This document shows positions 11,309 to 23,686 of a stretch of 64,000 bases of DNA, piece after piece. The DNA is taken from positions 248,001 through 312,000 of the forward strand of contig QPMI01000059.1 in the NCBI GenBank assembly GCA_004431415.1. Reading direction: 5' to 3'. This stretch comes from Cyanophora paradoxa CCMP329. Its lineage: Eukaryota > Plantae > Glaucophyta. The stretch's first letter is position 1. Each line of letters starts with the position of its first letter. A program made the position numbers and the translations under genes. The notes beneath the pieces are model-generated. The model was not told the origin of the DNA. It saw only the letters and a program-made list of their open reading frames with translations, and did not search any database.

Positions 11309-14255
11309 CTACAGGCGCAGCGCGCTGTCTGCGGAAGGGACGCCAAGCGCGGAAATTGGGTCGTCGTGAGCCAAACCCCCCAAATCTCCACCCGCCAGGA
11401 ACTGCGCGCCCCGTCAGCCGGGGCGGGGTAAGAGAAAACGCGGGGGGTACGCACGTCGTTCACGGCGTCGTCCATGAAAAAACTCGTATCGTCCGCCGTG
11501 GGGACCTCCTGTAGATCCCTCGCGCGTCAGAGGAGCCGACGAAAGCCTGATCAGGGACGGCGGGGTACGGGGCGGGGGCGAACCGGAGGGGGGCCCGGGG
11601 GAGGGCCAGGGGTACCGGCGTTCATGCCGTGACCGGGGCCGCCGGGCCCCCCGGCCGACGCCATTGCAGCAGCCGCCGCCTGCTGGCCGAGCTTCGCGTG
11701 CATGCTCATCTGAGGCGGAAGGTCGGCTGGGGCGGAGGGTACCGCCGTGAACCGAACGGCGCACCATCATACTGTGGTGTTGCTGGAGGGCGGCCGCCGC
11801 GCCCGGGCCGGCGATGGGGAGGGTAGGCATGCCGCCGGGCTGGCCGCCGCTGAGCATTGGTGTGGAGGGTTGGGAATGGTTCTCGGAGCCCGGGGCGGGC
11901 GATCCGACGGCAGGGATGGAGGGGGACTGGGATTCTCCTTGGGTACCGGGAGACTTGCGCTTGCGGCCGGCGGAGGCACGGCCGCCGCCGGCGCCCGAGG
12001 GCGGCTTGCCGTCGCCGCCGCCGCCGCCGTCGTCCTGCTGCGAGCCGGGCCCGCCGGGGCCGCCGTGCTGCGAGCCGTCCCCGGGGCCGCCACCCATGGG
12101 CCCCGGCGGGCCCATCCGCCCCCCGCGGAGGAGCATCATCATCTGCTGCTGGTTCGTGATGCCCATCTGCTTGAGCTGCTCCGCCGAGATTGGCTGGCCC
12201 GAGGCCGCCGCCGCCGCCAGAGCCGCGTGCATGGCGCCCGGGCCGGCCACCTGCGGGCTCGACGGGTCCGCCGGGCTCATGGGCGGTCCCATGCCGTCCT
12301 GCCCGGGGGTCCCAGGCACCGACGACCCATCCTTGCGCATCATAGCCGCCTGGCTCGCGGCCATGAGGCGGCTCATGAGCGCCGGGTTGCCGGCCGCCGC
12401 CGCCGCCGCCGCCTGCTGGAGCGCCTTCTGCTGCATAAGGAACTGCTGCTGTTGCGGGTGCCCGGGCGGCAGCTGCATCATCTGGTGCCGGAACTGTCCC
12501 CGCACGCCAGGGTCAGTCGCCGGGCGAGGAACGCGGGGAGCGCGGGAGGGCGCGGGCTGGCTGGCCGCACCTTCTGCTGCTGCGCGATGAGCTCGGGCGT
12601 CAGGCCCGCGGGCCACTTGCCGTACATCATCTGGGCCACGGGGCTGCCCTGGGGCCCGCCCCTGCCCGCAAACTCTGGGGGAGTATTCATCTGGACCGCG
12701 TTCCCCTTCGCCTTCTGCTGCGCCGCAGCCGCCTTCATCTGCTGCGCCATCTGCGCGCGGGTGGGACGAAGCGGTTGGCGGCGCGGCGCGTCCCGGCGCG
12801 GGGGCGCAGGGCGCGCGTCGCACCTGCTGCATCAGGGCGTCACCAGGGAAGCCAGGGTACCGTGCCGCCGAGCCCAGGGTGCCCCCCTCCACCCCGGGCC
12901 CCGACGAGTTTGGGGGCATAGGACCGGGGACCCCGCCGGGCATCATCGCCAGCTGGCCCTGCGGGAAAGGCCAGCCACCCGCCGCCGCCGCCGCAGCCAT
13001 CTGCTGCTGCTGCATCGCCGCCATCCGCTGCTGCTGCTGCATCAACGCCGCCGCCTGCGAGCTGCCAGGCATGACCATGCCGCGGCCGCCGCCCATCGGC
13101 CCGCCTTGTGCACCCGCTCCGGGGAATCTCGCCCTACGCCGAGAAACGAACTCAGAACGGGGCAAAGCACCCCATAACAGAGGAGGAACGCACCCGCCGG
13201 GCCCCATGACAGTCGGCGAGTTGACGTTGAGGCCGTCCATGGGGGAGCCCTGATTCCCAAGCTGCAGCCGATGAAATTGCGTCAGCGAACATTAGCCGCG
13301 GCGAAGCGGGCGCGGTGAGCACACCGCGTCCTGGTGCATGGGCGAGTTTGGCACTTGCGGCGAGTTTGGTTCGCTCTCGCCTTTCCGACCAGCGCCGTTC
13401 GCTGCCATGGCCGCGCCACTCACTGATTTCGCTCGAGGCTTGCCCATCGCTCCCGTCCCGGCGGGGCCTGTGACGGCCTTCACCTGTGCCTGCACAAGAG
13501 GACTCAATCGCGGGCGGCGCTTCGCAAGAACTGTACGGCGAAGGAAGTATAAGAACAAAAGAAACAAAGCGAACGCACAGTGCCACGGCCTGGCGGCTGG
13601 ATAGCCGAAACGGTCGAGGGTCCGGCCTCGTTGTGGCCGCCCTGGAATCCGCTCCCTTGCCGCGACAGAGCTGATGCTTCAATCGCACCTTGCCTGGAGC
13701 CAGGAACCTGGACAAGAACGCTGAGCGATTGGAGGTTTTGCTTTGAACGTTCGGAAAGGAAGTCACCCCGGCTTCAGGAAAGGCGATCTTGTTCCCGTCC
13801 CGAAGCTGTGCTGCATACAAGTCCCAAAAGATCTCCCACCATTCTGATAGAAGACCCTGCTGGGACTGGATAGGGATGTTCTGCGGCTGGACGGAGTTCG
13901 GATCGATGTTGGCCTCGCTGAGGAACATCTGCGCCGTCCTCGGAAGTTGTCTCTTCTGAAGGTACTCATAGATGTAGACGTGCAACCTGCCCACGGCGAA
14001 TTCGTAAGCGATAGCCCGAGACAGCAACTGCGAAGCCCGCGAAGCCCGCGAAGCCGGGCGGAGGGCCTTCGAGCTCTACCGAAGGAAATCAAATTCTTAG
14101 GGTTCCTGAAGCTAGAACATGTCGAACAAAACGCGGGCTCGCTTTGCCGGCCTTGTGTTCGACGACTAGCGATCCGCGAGGCGGGCGTACACGCCCTCCG
14201 AGCCCGAACAACGAACGACGCACCCTTGGCCTGGATCTCTCGATCCAGGATCCAT
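11309..14255 (-). CDS. LisH/LUFS-domain Gln/Pro/Gly-rich transcriptional co-regulator (SSDP/Flo8/LEUNIG-N-like)
   Basis: LHVYIYEYLQKRQLPRTAQMFLSEA...GLLSEWWEIFWDLY is the LUFS signature. It is followed by Q/M/G/P-rich exons, a GRKRK NLS-like motif and an acidic tail ending SALRL-TAG. The first exon (MDPGSRDPGQG) is tentative. Confidence 0.85.
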
Positions 14256-15655
14256 TCCCCTGGACGGCTGCATCGGTCCTCACCGCATCGGTCGGAGATG
14301 GTCGAGCGATCCGAATTCCGAGTGTTAGCACGGGCCTCGCGCCTTGACGCGTTCACCAAAGACTACAGCTGCGTGAAAGTAGCTTGCCGAAAACCAGCTG
14401 AGGGGCTGCTGAAGCCCGGGAAAGACAGCCGCGCAAGCGAGTTCGCGTACCCCCCCAAAGCGCAGAAGCAGTGTTTTCTCGGCCGTCACCGACGGGAGTC
14501 GACGTCGAGCCTTGAGCTCCAGAGTTCGCTGCGCTCTTGCGGCTTCAGCCAGATTGCCTGCGTCCGGTACGGGCGTCTGAGTTGCCGTTCAGCACGTGCG
14601 CAGACATCGAAACGCCAAGGCACGCGCGCGCTGCAGCTGCGGATCCATATCGCTCCGGCGATCTCGATCTTGGTATCCGGTCGCACCGATCGACATCGAT
14701 ATATCGCACGAGCGCAGTGTCAGGCTCGGACGACCGGCCCTGCGCATGCGCCCTTTGCTCATGATATCGATCATCAGACTCTGCAGGCTGCAGCTGCGAG
14801 CTTGTCGTTTCAATCGCTGATACGACTCGCACCGCGCACGCGTCTAGGATGCATATGCCCACGCATATGCTCGCCGCTGGGATGATCGCCGATCGAGGAC
14901 GACGTCGACAGCGACCGCTGCATGCATGCGCAGCTGCGCCCGGCCGCGGCCGCGGCCGGCGCCGCGGCCGTACGTTTACTCGAGCCCGTGCGCATATGCA
15001 TGCCACGGCCGCGGTAGCGGTGCGCATGCGCATGCCCGCGGCCAGGCTAGGTACGCATACGTACGGACGTACACGTGTATATAAACGCGTGGCCGAAGCA
15101 CGTCGACCCGCGCCGCGCGATGCCATGGCGTATGTGGCCGTAGCCCGCGCCACTGGGCCAGCTGCAGCTGCAGACGCGGCAGCCCGGCGGTACCGGTCAC
15201 GCGCCACGGCGGGCGCCCGCGCCCGGGCGCGGGCGCCGCCCTAGGCCTTGGCACTGGTACTGAACTTCGGAACCCGAAGCTCTAAATCTCCGTCTGCTGG
15301 CCAATCGCAACCCGCCGGCCGGCCCTCCGGTCCTCCCCGTCCCCGCCCCTATCCTCCCCCGGCATCGGCGCCCGGAACGCCCCGCGGGGGCCCCCGCCGC
15401 CGTCGCGGCCGGTGGCGGGGCGGGGGCGGGCGGCGTGGGGCCCGTGGAGGCGGAGCCGAGGAGGATGCACGCGTTGGCTGGTGTCGATGCCATGCTAGAG
15501 CGCTCTGGCGCCGGCTCGCCACGGCCGAGTCAGAGCGTGGTACTGGTCGCTAATTCTTCGGAGGGGGTCTCTCCGCATTGAGCCCGCAGCTTCTAGGCGC
15601 AGCGGCGCGCAAGGCTGGACATAGTGTGCTCGCTCTTTCGGACACTGGGCGCACA

Positions 15656-16409
15656 CTAGCCCCCTTGCAGAAGCCCGGGGCCCGTGCCGTTGTAATACCG
15701 GCCCCTCCACATGACGCCCTTGACGTCTATGTACACTCCCTCTCCGTGCATCCTGCGGGGCAGGTAGCGGGAGCGGTAAGCCGAGGGCGCACTGCGCTCC
15801 GAGGGCGCGGGGCCCGGCGCACTTGTTCGCCTTCCATTCGCCTTCGTAGTAGCTACCGTCGTTCCACGTGTACTTGCCCCGGCCCTCGTATTGGTTGTCG
15901 GCCCAGTCGCCCTAGGGCGCGATGCGAGAGATGAGCTGCCAAAGCGGGAAGCAAGCGCGATTGGCCGTCCGCACCTCGTACACCGCGCCACTGGAGTAGC
16001 GAAACATGCCTGCACGCGCATTGCATCAGTGGCGTTGAGCGAGCGGTTCCAGAAGCGCATCGCTCGCCTTTCCCGTGCATCTTGTCCATCACCCAGTCCC
16101 CCTCGTATGTCCGATCCCCGTCAATGAGCGTGCCGCGCCCGTGCCTCTTCATCACGCCGTCAATCTTGAGGAACTCGCCGTCTGCGGCCTGGCATGTCAG
16201 CGGAACCGGAGCGCCGGCAGAACCCGGAGCGCACCGTACTTGGAGCCATCGCCGAACAGGAAAGAACCGCTCCCCTTCTCCTCTTGAGCTGAGCTATGCG
16301 TTAGCTATGGCCTAAGAGCGGCCGTGCGGGAAAGCGCACGCGGCGCCTCTGCTGGTGCTTCCGGTGGCGGCTCCGGGGGTAATATCGGCATATCTTTCTT
16401 CTCCGGCAT
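15656..16409 (-). CDS. MORN-repeat protein (MORN2-like)
   Basis: Six exons: MPEKKD.., GSGSFLFGDGSKY|DGEF..RHGRGTLIDGDRTYEGDWVMDKMHGKG|MFRYSSGAVYE|GDWADNQYEGRGKYTWNDGSYYEGEWKANK|MHGEGVY..WRGRYYNGTGPGLLQGG-stop. Confidence 0.9.
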
Positions 16410-16601
16410 GATTGCGTCGCTGCACTCGCTCGGCTCGTCGGCTGCTTTTTTCACTCTTTCCCAAAAACGCGTAGCCGGGATTTCTCCCCCGTCCAACTCG
16501 CGCCTTGCCCACTCGCCTGCAGCAGCGGATCGGAGCGTTCAGAATCGGCTCGCACATTCCACAGCGCATAGCGCTCAGACTTCGTGCGCCCGGTCGCGCA
16601 C

Positions 16602-19600
16602 ATGCCGTCCGTCCTCAGCCGGCTGGCGACGCCGCGCACGGCCGTCGCCATCATCGCAGTAGTAGCTGTTCTGGCAAAGCTTCGTGCGGATGCCGCGCGA
16701 AGGAGAGCCCGCAGGGAGCGAAGGAGCGAGTCTGGCGGCGTTGCAGCCCCCAAGAAGAAGGGGGCAGCGGTCGATCAGCTGTTTGGGAAGCGGTTGTCGC
16801 ACATGCTGAAGATTTGGTAAGCGCCTCAGATAGAGAGCGTCTGCATCGCCCGCGCGCCCCGCGCGGGTTTAGTGCAGACCGCCGCTACAACCTACTTGTT
16901 GGGGCTAAGCTGCCGAGTGCGGGGGCCTGCGGTCGACGGGGCGCTGAATCGCGCGTAACCTTTCGCTCGCCCGCGCAGCGTGCCGTCGCTCTTCTCTGCA
17001 GAGGCGGGTTGGATCGGAGTCTGCGCGGCAGCGATGCTGGGGCGGACAGTCGCGTGCGCGACGTCCCACGCCGGCTTTCGCCTTTGCCTGACGCTCCGCA
17101 AAGGGACCTGGTCATGATCCGCCTGCAGTCGGTCATCGAGCGGCGCGCCCGACCCGCCCCGGCCCGCCCCGCCGCCCTCCGCCCCGCGCCTGACGCCCCC
17201 GCCCCCGCAGCACCATTATCACGCGCGATCGGGCCGCGTTCCAGAAGAACATCGTCATGTTTATCTCGGCGATGATTCCCGTCGCCGGCATCAACGCCGG
17301 GCTCAAGTGCGCCGCGCGCCGCGCGCCGCGCGCCCGTGCGTGCGCCGTCCCCTCACCTGTGCACCAATCAGGTTCGGTCTGGGCCAGCTCGCGAGTGAGG
17401 ACTACCCCCCCTCTCTTTTCGCTCCCGCCTTTTTGGATGCCCCCCCCCTGAACTCGCCCCCCTCCCCAGTCCGCTGCAGGCAGCGCCTCACGAACCACCT
17501 GCTCACGAAGTACTTCAAGGTAGCCCCCATCCCGATTCCCGTACCCCCTTTCGTTCCCAATTCGTACCCCCAGGACTCGGCCTACTACCGCCTCTCCGCG
17601 CTCGACAATCGCGTATCCCACGCCGACCAGGTCCTCGTCCAGGCGCGTGCCCGTACACCCCCGTTGCTCTTCTCGTACCCCCGGGACGCTGCTGATCGCT
17701 GTACCCCCAGGACGTAGAGAAGTGGGCGCACGGCCTCACGGACTGTTTCTCGAACCTCAGCGTGCGTCCGCGTACCCCCGCAACCCAACCCCGCGTACCC
17801 TCCCGAGCCCCACCGCAGAAGCCGATCGTGGACGTGTGCATATACACCGCGCGCCTGACGAGCGGCATCGGAATCCAGGTACCCCGCACCCGTCCCTTCC
17901 TCAACCCCCTCCGATCGCTCACCGTACCCCCCCCCCCAGGGCCCCCTGGCCATGCTCGTGTACCTCGCCATATCGGGGGCCCTCCTCACGTCCCTTCGGA
18001 AGCCGCTGGCCCGGCTAACCGTCGAGGAGCAGAAGGCCTGTACCCCTCTCCCTCCTCCCTGTGGGACCGGGTCTCTTCCTTTTGACTCCCCTTGCAGCTC
18101 GAGGGGGGGTACCGCGGAGTGCACTCGCGCCTCGTTACTAACGCTGAGGAGGGTGCGAGCGTCCGCCGCGCTCTTAGCTCATCCGTCGAAGTCGAAGCAG
18201 ATCAATAAAATCTATCTAATCAAATCTATTGATCAGATCAAATTTATCCAATCTAATCCATCCAATCAAATCTATCTAATCGAATCTATCCCCCCCCCCT
18301 CTCTCTCCCCCTGACTTCGTTCGCAGTGGCTTTCTTCCGGGGGGAGGAGAAGGAGCGGCGGGTGATTCTGGGCAAGTTTGGGGGGCTCGTTAGGCACCTG
18401 GAGAAGCTCAACACATTCCGCCATTTGAAGATGGGGTGCGTGCGATCTTATCAAATCTATCGGATCAAATCTACCTGAAATCCATCTTATCAAATCTATC
18501 TGAATCTAATTTAGTCTAGTCAGTGCTTTGATTTAAGATGGGGTGCGGCGCCCGCCCGCCCCGAGCCTAGCGTTAAGGCTCCTTTGAGAGCACTGGAGAG
18601 CCCTGCCTTCCGCAACCTCCCCGCCTCCCCTTCCCGGAGAGAGGTCTTGCCAATACACAGCCGCTCTAGAGAAACTCAGCATTCCGCCACCTGAAGATGG
18701 GGTCCGGCGCCCGCCCTGTCCCCGGCCCGCTTGCCCGCCCGCCCGCCCGCCCGCCCGCCCGCCCCGAGCCTAGCGTCTAGCCACCTGAAGATGGGATGCA
18801 ATCTTATCAAATCTATCTGATCAAATCTATCTCAAAACTATCTTATCAAATCTCTCTATTTTGGTCTAGTCTAGAAGATGGGGTCCGACGCCCGTCCCGT
18901 CCCCGCTTCTAGGAGAGGGGTCTAGCCAGTACACATCCGCTCTGCGCCCGCCCCTGCGCCCGAAGCTCAGATGGGGTGCAACGCCCGTCCCGTCCCCGTC
19001 CCGCTTCCCGGAGAGGGGAACCGGTCTAGCCAGCACACAGCCACTCTGCGCCACCGCCTATCGGACCCGCCTGTCATCGCCCTGACCTGCCTGATCGACG
19101 GCGCCGGCGCCCGCCCGCAGGACGGCCGACTACCTGATCACCAAATACGTCTCAACCATCGTCGGATTCGCAGTGCTCCGCCGAGCGGTGCGTAGTGGCG
19201 TAGCGAGGGCCGAGTGAGGGCCGTGTGGGGGGAGGGCGGGCCTCGGCTAGGGGGTACTGCAGCTGTCGCGCTAGGGCAGCGAACCCGCCCGCCCGCCCTT
19301 TCGTCGGCTCCGGCCTTGCTCCGTAGCGCTCCGGCCTTGCTCTGGGGGGGGACTATCGCGCTAGGGCAGCGAATCCACCCGCCTGTTCGTTCGGCGAGAC
19401 TGGCCCTAAGCTCTAGCCGGCCGGCCGGCTGGAAGCAGTCTCCCTTCTGGGAGCCAACCACTGACGCCCGCTCCCTCCCCCCCCCTCCCCCCCTCCTCGC
19501 AGTTCGACAAGCGCTTCGGGGTCTCCCGCCGTACCCCCAAGGAGGAGGCCAACATCATGGAAATGTGCGTAGATTCAATCAGCAGTACCCCCTCTTTCTC

Positions 19601-21834
19601 CTCCCCCCCCAAAAAAAACAACAATTATTATCCGGCGGGGCATTCCTTCCCTCCTTTGTCTTCTTCCAACCCTTTACTTGCGTTCTTCCTTCCTTCCATC
19701 CTTCTCCGCCCCCTTTCTCCGCCCCGGTTTGAACCGGAGGGGGCACCAGGTACTACACGCAGGGCCGCATGCTCGTCAACATGGCGCAGGTCTGTACCTT
19801 CCTCGCGATCTGCACCCGTACCCCCGTCCGCCTCACCGACTTTCGGCGCAGGCGATGGGGCGCGTGGTACTGGCGGGGCGGGAGCTCACGCGGCTCGCCG
19901 GTGCGCGTACCCCCCCCTCCTGTTCCCTCCTCGTTTCCGACCCTCGACTCCGCACCCCCCCCCCCCCCTCCCCGCCGCCCTCCCCCGCAGGCCTCACCGC
20001 CCGTGTTGCCGAGTTCGAATCCGTGCGGATCCGGCTCTCACCCTTTGTTACGTGTCGAATGACAGAACCCGTACCCCTTAGGTGCTGGAGGACGTTTCCC
20101 AAGGCAAGTACCACAAACCCTCCGTGCGCTGCACCCCCCTCTCCGCCACCGTACCCCCGCTGTTGCGAACTTCCCCCCTCCCCTTTCTTCAAAGGTCCGG
20201 CGGGAGGGTACAGCCGCGGCGATGGAGCTCGTTCCGAACAGCGGGACGCGGGTAGAGGGGCGTCTGATTAAGTTCGAGAAGGCGAGTTCGGCGTACCCCT
20301 CCGCCTTCTTCCCCCCCCTTCTCTCAACGTCTCCTTCCACAGGTCCCCATCGTCACGCCGAACGGCGAAGTGCGCCGCCGCCCAACGAACCCTGCGCCCC
20401 CCCGCCGCCGGCCAACGAACCCTACCCCCGCAGGTTCTGATCCCCTCCCTCTCCGTCGACATCCTACCTGGCCACAACGGTGCTTGTACCCCCCTGGAGG
20501 GCCCCGCGGCTCGTCTCTTAGATGCTTGTGCTCCCACCGCGCCCAGTTCTGATCGTCGGCCCCAACGGCGCGGTACGGCTCTGGGTTTAGAACAAACACG
20601 TACCCCCCGCTTACCCGATCGCAGGGCAAATCCTCCCTCTTCCGAATCCTCTCCGGCCTGTGCGGCCGCCGCCTTCCCCCCCCCCCCCTCCCCGCAAACC
20701 GGGTGGCGAATTGAGTACCCCGCCGCAGGTGGCCCATGTACGGCGGAAAGATCACCGTACCGCCCCAGGAGCAGCTTTTCTTCGGTACCCGGCTGCCCCC
20801 GTATCCCTGGCCCGCGCGCCCCTCACTCGAATCTCAGTACCCCAGAGGCCGTACCTCGCCATGGGGCCGCTGCGCGACCAGGCAAGCCCCCCACCCCCCC
20901 CACCCCCCCACCCCCCTACCCCACCCCCCGCCTCTTTCCTGTCCGACCGTCGCGGTAGATCACGTACCCCTGGTCGGCGGAAGAGGCCGCGCAGAGGGGG
21001 GTAAAGGATTCCGACCTGCTGCACGTGATGAAGCAGGTGCGGGGGTACAGCGTAGGACTCTTCGCTCCCCGATCCTCTCTTTCCATTTCCCAAGCACGTT
21101 TCCCTCTTGACTGTTCTTCGCCCTCGAAGGTTCAACTCGAGAACATTGTCGTGCGGGAGGGTGGCCTCGGTACCCACCTTCCCCGGCCTTGAAGAGATGC
21201 GCCTGTACCCCCTGACTCGCCCCCCCCCTTTTTTTCCCTCCCCAAGACGCTACGAACGATTGGAGCGAGGTTCTCTCGGGGGGGGAGAAGCAGCGCGTCG
21301 CGAGTGCGCCGATCGGATTTGATTTGATCGGACCAAGTGTTGCCCTGCGCTCGAATTCGTAGACTCATCGGCGCCCCCGCGGCGGCTGCGCAGTGGCCCG
21401 GCTCTTCCTGCACAGGCCTCTCTACGCGATTCTGGATGAGGTCCGAACCGGATTCGAACCCTCCGAACCTCGCCGCATCCAATGTTGTTTTTTTTCTCCG
21501 CAGTCGACGAGCGCGGTTTCGATGGACGTGGAGGGGTACCTCTATTCGCACTGGTCGGTTCTTGATGTACCCCTTTCGCCCTGCGGCTCGCCTCATCCTT
21601 GCGGCCGGGCGCGCAGTCGGGAACTCGGCATCACCCTCATTACCGTATCCCACCGCAAGACGGTCCACCCCTCCCGAATTCTCCCACCCCCCCCCCCCCT
21701 TCCTCTTCCGCCTTCCCTTATCTTTCGTCGTTTCGGCGCAGCTGTACCAGTACCACGACTTCGTTCTCAACTTCGACGGGACGGGGGGGTACGAGTTCAA
21801 GGCGATGGCGGAGGCGCACCCCCCGGCGCGCTGA
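16602..21834 (+). CDS. Peroxisomal ABC transporter, subfamily D half-transporter (PMP70/ABCD3-like)
   Basis: Exons give YYRLSALDNRVSHADQVLVQ|DVEKW, KPIVDVCIY, the EAA motif EGGYRGVHSRLVTNAEE|VAFFRG, RVVLAGRELTRLAG, Walker A GPNG.GKSSLFRILSGLWP, LSGGEKQR, MARLFLHRPLYAILDE and ITLITVSHR. Confidence 0.95.
18198..18860. repeat. Degenerate ATCAAATCT(ATC) low-complexity repeat patches in ABCD introns
   Basis: Repeated atcaaatctatc-like units at about 18200-18290, 18445-18510 and 18800-18855. Confidence 0.65.
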
Positions 21835-22459
21835 TCTTGATCATGAGGCTAGGGAGAGGGTCCTGCCTGGGCGTTCCGCTTTAATTTGCAAATGTATATA
21901 TATATACGCTATGCTGTCCGGATCCCTTTCTCGGGCTGCCGCATGCGCATCGCGCGGCCTTTCAATTTGCACGGCGGCGGTTGTTGCCCGACCCATAGCC
22001 ATAATATCTGGCAGACTCAGTGTGTGTGTGACAGTGTGACTGATCATGAGCACCAGACTCTCAGCAGCAGAGTCTGAGAATCTGAGATAAGATGTGCAAG
22101 TGCAGATCATTGCGCGTGTGCAAGTACGTATACGTGCCGCAGTGCAGACTGGTTTTGAATTCTAGTACGAATTTCGAATTCGAAGATGTGCCGGCCCTGG
22201 CCCTTGGGGCGGCCGCGGCCCGCGGCTCGCGATCGGGGAGTCGACAGGGACTCGGGCCGGGCGGCCCGGCGGGAGTCGGGCGGACTCGGGCCCCAGGCCC
22301 CAGGGGCCAGCTGCAGCCTGCAGGCCTAGGGGCCCAGGCCCCAGGGGCCAGGGCTCAGGGCCGGGCCAGGCCCGGTCAGCTGCAGCCTCCGCCCAGGCTG
22401 CGGCCCAGCTGCAGGCCCGGCGCGGGCCCCAGGCTACCGGTAGTACCGTATACGTAATG

Positions 22460-22900
22460 CAGAATATTGGATTCCGCGGCGATCGGCATGCCGATCGCGC
22501 GACGGCGGTCATCGTCCAAGTTCTCGACCTCGTCGTCCTGGTAATCGTCTTATAATTAGTAGAGCGATGCGTGGAAGGCGAAGGGCTGGAACATGAGCAG
22601 GGCGCAGGGGAGCGTGAAAGCCGGCTTTGGGAGCTCCGGCATGGCTGCTGCAACTTTCTTGGCCGCGGGCGAACTTCGCAAGTCGGGCGCTGAAAGGCAG
22701 CGCCCTTGAAAGGCGATCGATCATCGATATCCCCGGGCCCAATAGATCCCATCATTGGATTTCGATGACCGCGACAAATTCGAATTCAATGATTCCGGAA
22801 TCCGGACCACTTTTCACCGTCACAAATTTCACGTCGAGTCCGAAAATATTCTCCGAGCTTCTCATCAATGATTCATCATCAGCGTCGATTCAGCGATCAT
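22460..22900 (-). pseudogene. Decayed coding-like fragment
   Basis: One frame reads ..AAKKVAAAMPELPKPAFTLPCALLMFQPFAFHASLY[TAA TTA TAA]DDYQDDEVENLDDDRRRAIGMPIAAES. Codon usage looks gene-like, but an AT block interrupts it. Confidence 0.3.
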
Positions 22901-23572
22901 CGGATCATGATCAATGATTAGAGATCTCCGATCGGCGCTCTCGAGTTCCCGCGGCCGGGAGTCCTACTAGCCTCCTAGTAGCACTAGTAGTAGTCGGAGT
23001 CGGACGTCCGGACGGTCGACTCGCCATCTGCACTGACTCTGCAGAGCTCAGCGGCTGTCGCCGCAGCAGACTGTCGGACCCTTGTAAATTGTAATAGGCT
23101 TGTATGGGACAATTCCACGCTTCAAGGCTTGCAACTCCGTTCGCAACTTCCGAAGTTCGAATTCAATTCCGGATCCCGGGAGTCCATCACTGAGTCAAGA
23201 TCTGGTAGCCCCTACTAGTAGCTAACGGTACCGCAGAAAAGCTAGATACTAGTACGTATACCGTATAAGTAGGTGGCTAAGAGGGAGCGCTCCGAGCGCG
23301 CGTGGGAGCCACTGGAAGGCTGCGGCACCGCCGGGCCGTGCACGACGCTGCAGTCACCCGCCAGCCTGGCAGCTGCAGGCCGAGTGACCCGATCGCGAGT
23401 CCCATCGGCCGCTCTCCAAGCGTCCGCTTTCCCTAAGTCGTCATTGCAAGTTCCCTCGCTAGCTAGCTGCCCCGGACACCCGCTCGCGGCGCCGGCCGCT
23501 TTAGCGACATATATAGCTAGACACGTACGGAAGCTTTGATCTTCGAAGGCGGCTTCGACGACGCGTTCGACA

Positions 23573-23654
23573 ATGGACGCCGTTTGCATGCATATGGCCG
23601 CGGCTGTCGCCCTGGATCTGCGCAGTATGGCCTTGACTCGCGACGTCGACGGCG

Positions 23655-23686
<32 letters not shown>

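Noticed and set aside
11747-13177. 476-aa plus-strand ORF and the many similar Arg/Pro/Gly-rich ORFs in the track
   Set aside because: These are antisense or off-frame shadows of real GC-rich exons with no recognisable motifs.
15197-15553. Small gene between the LisH and MORN genes
   Set aside because: Overlapping low-complexity ORFs on both strands, with no convincing splice pattern or motif.
21441-21470. Isolated GGTTCGAATCC B-box-like motifs (also ~9201, ~9346, ~41079, ~48869) as tRNA genes
   Set aside because: No A box or cloverleaf. One is simply the coding sequence for GFES, and TTCGAA palindromes are common here.
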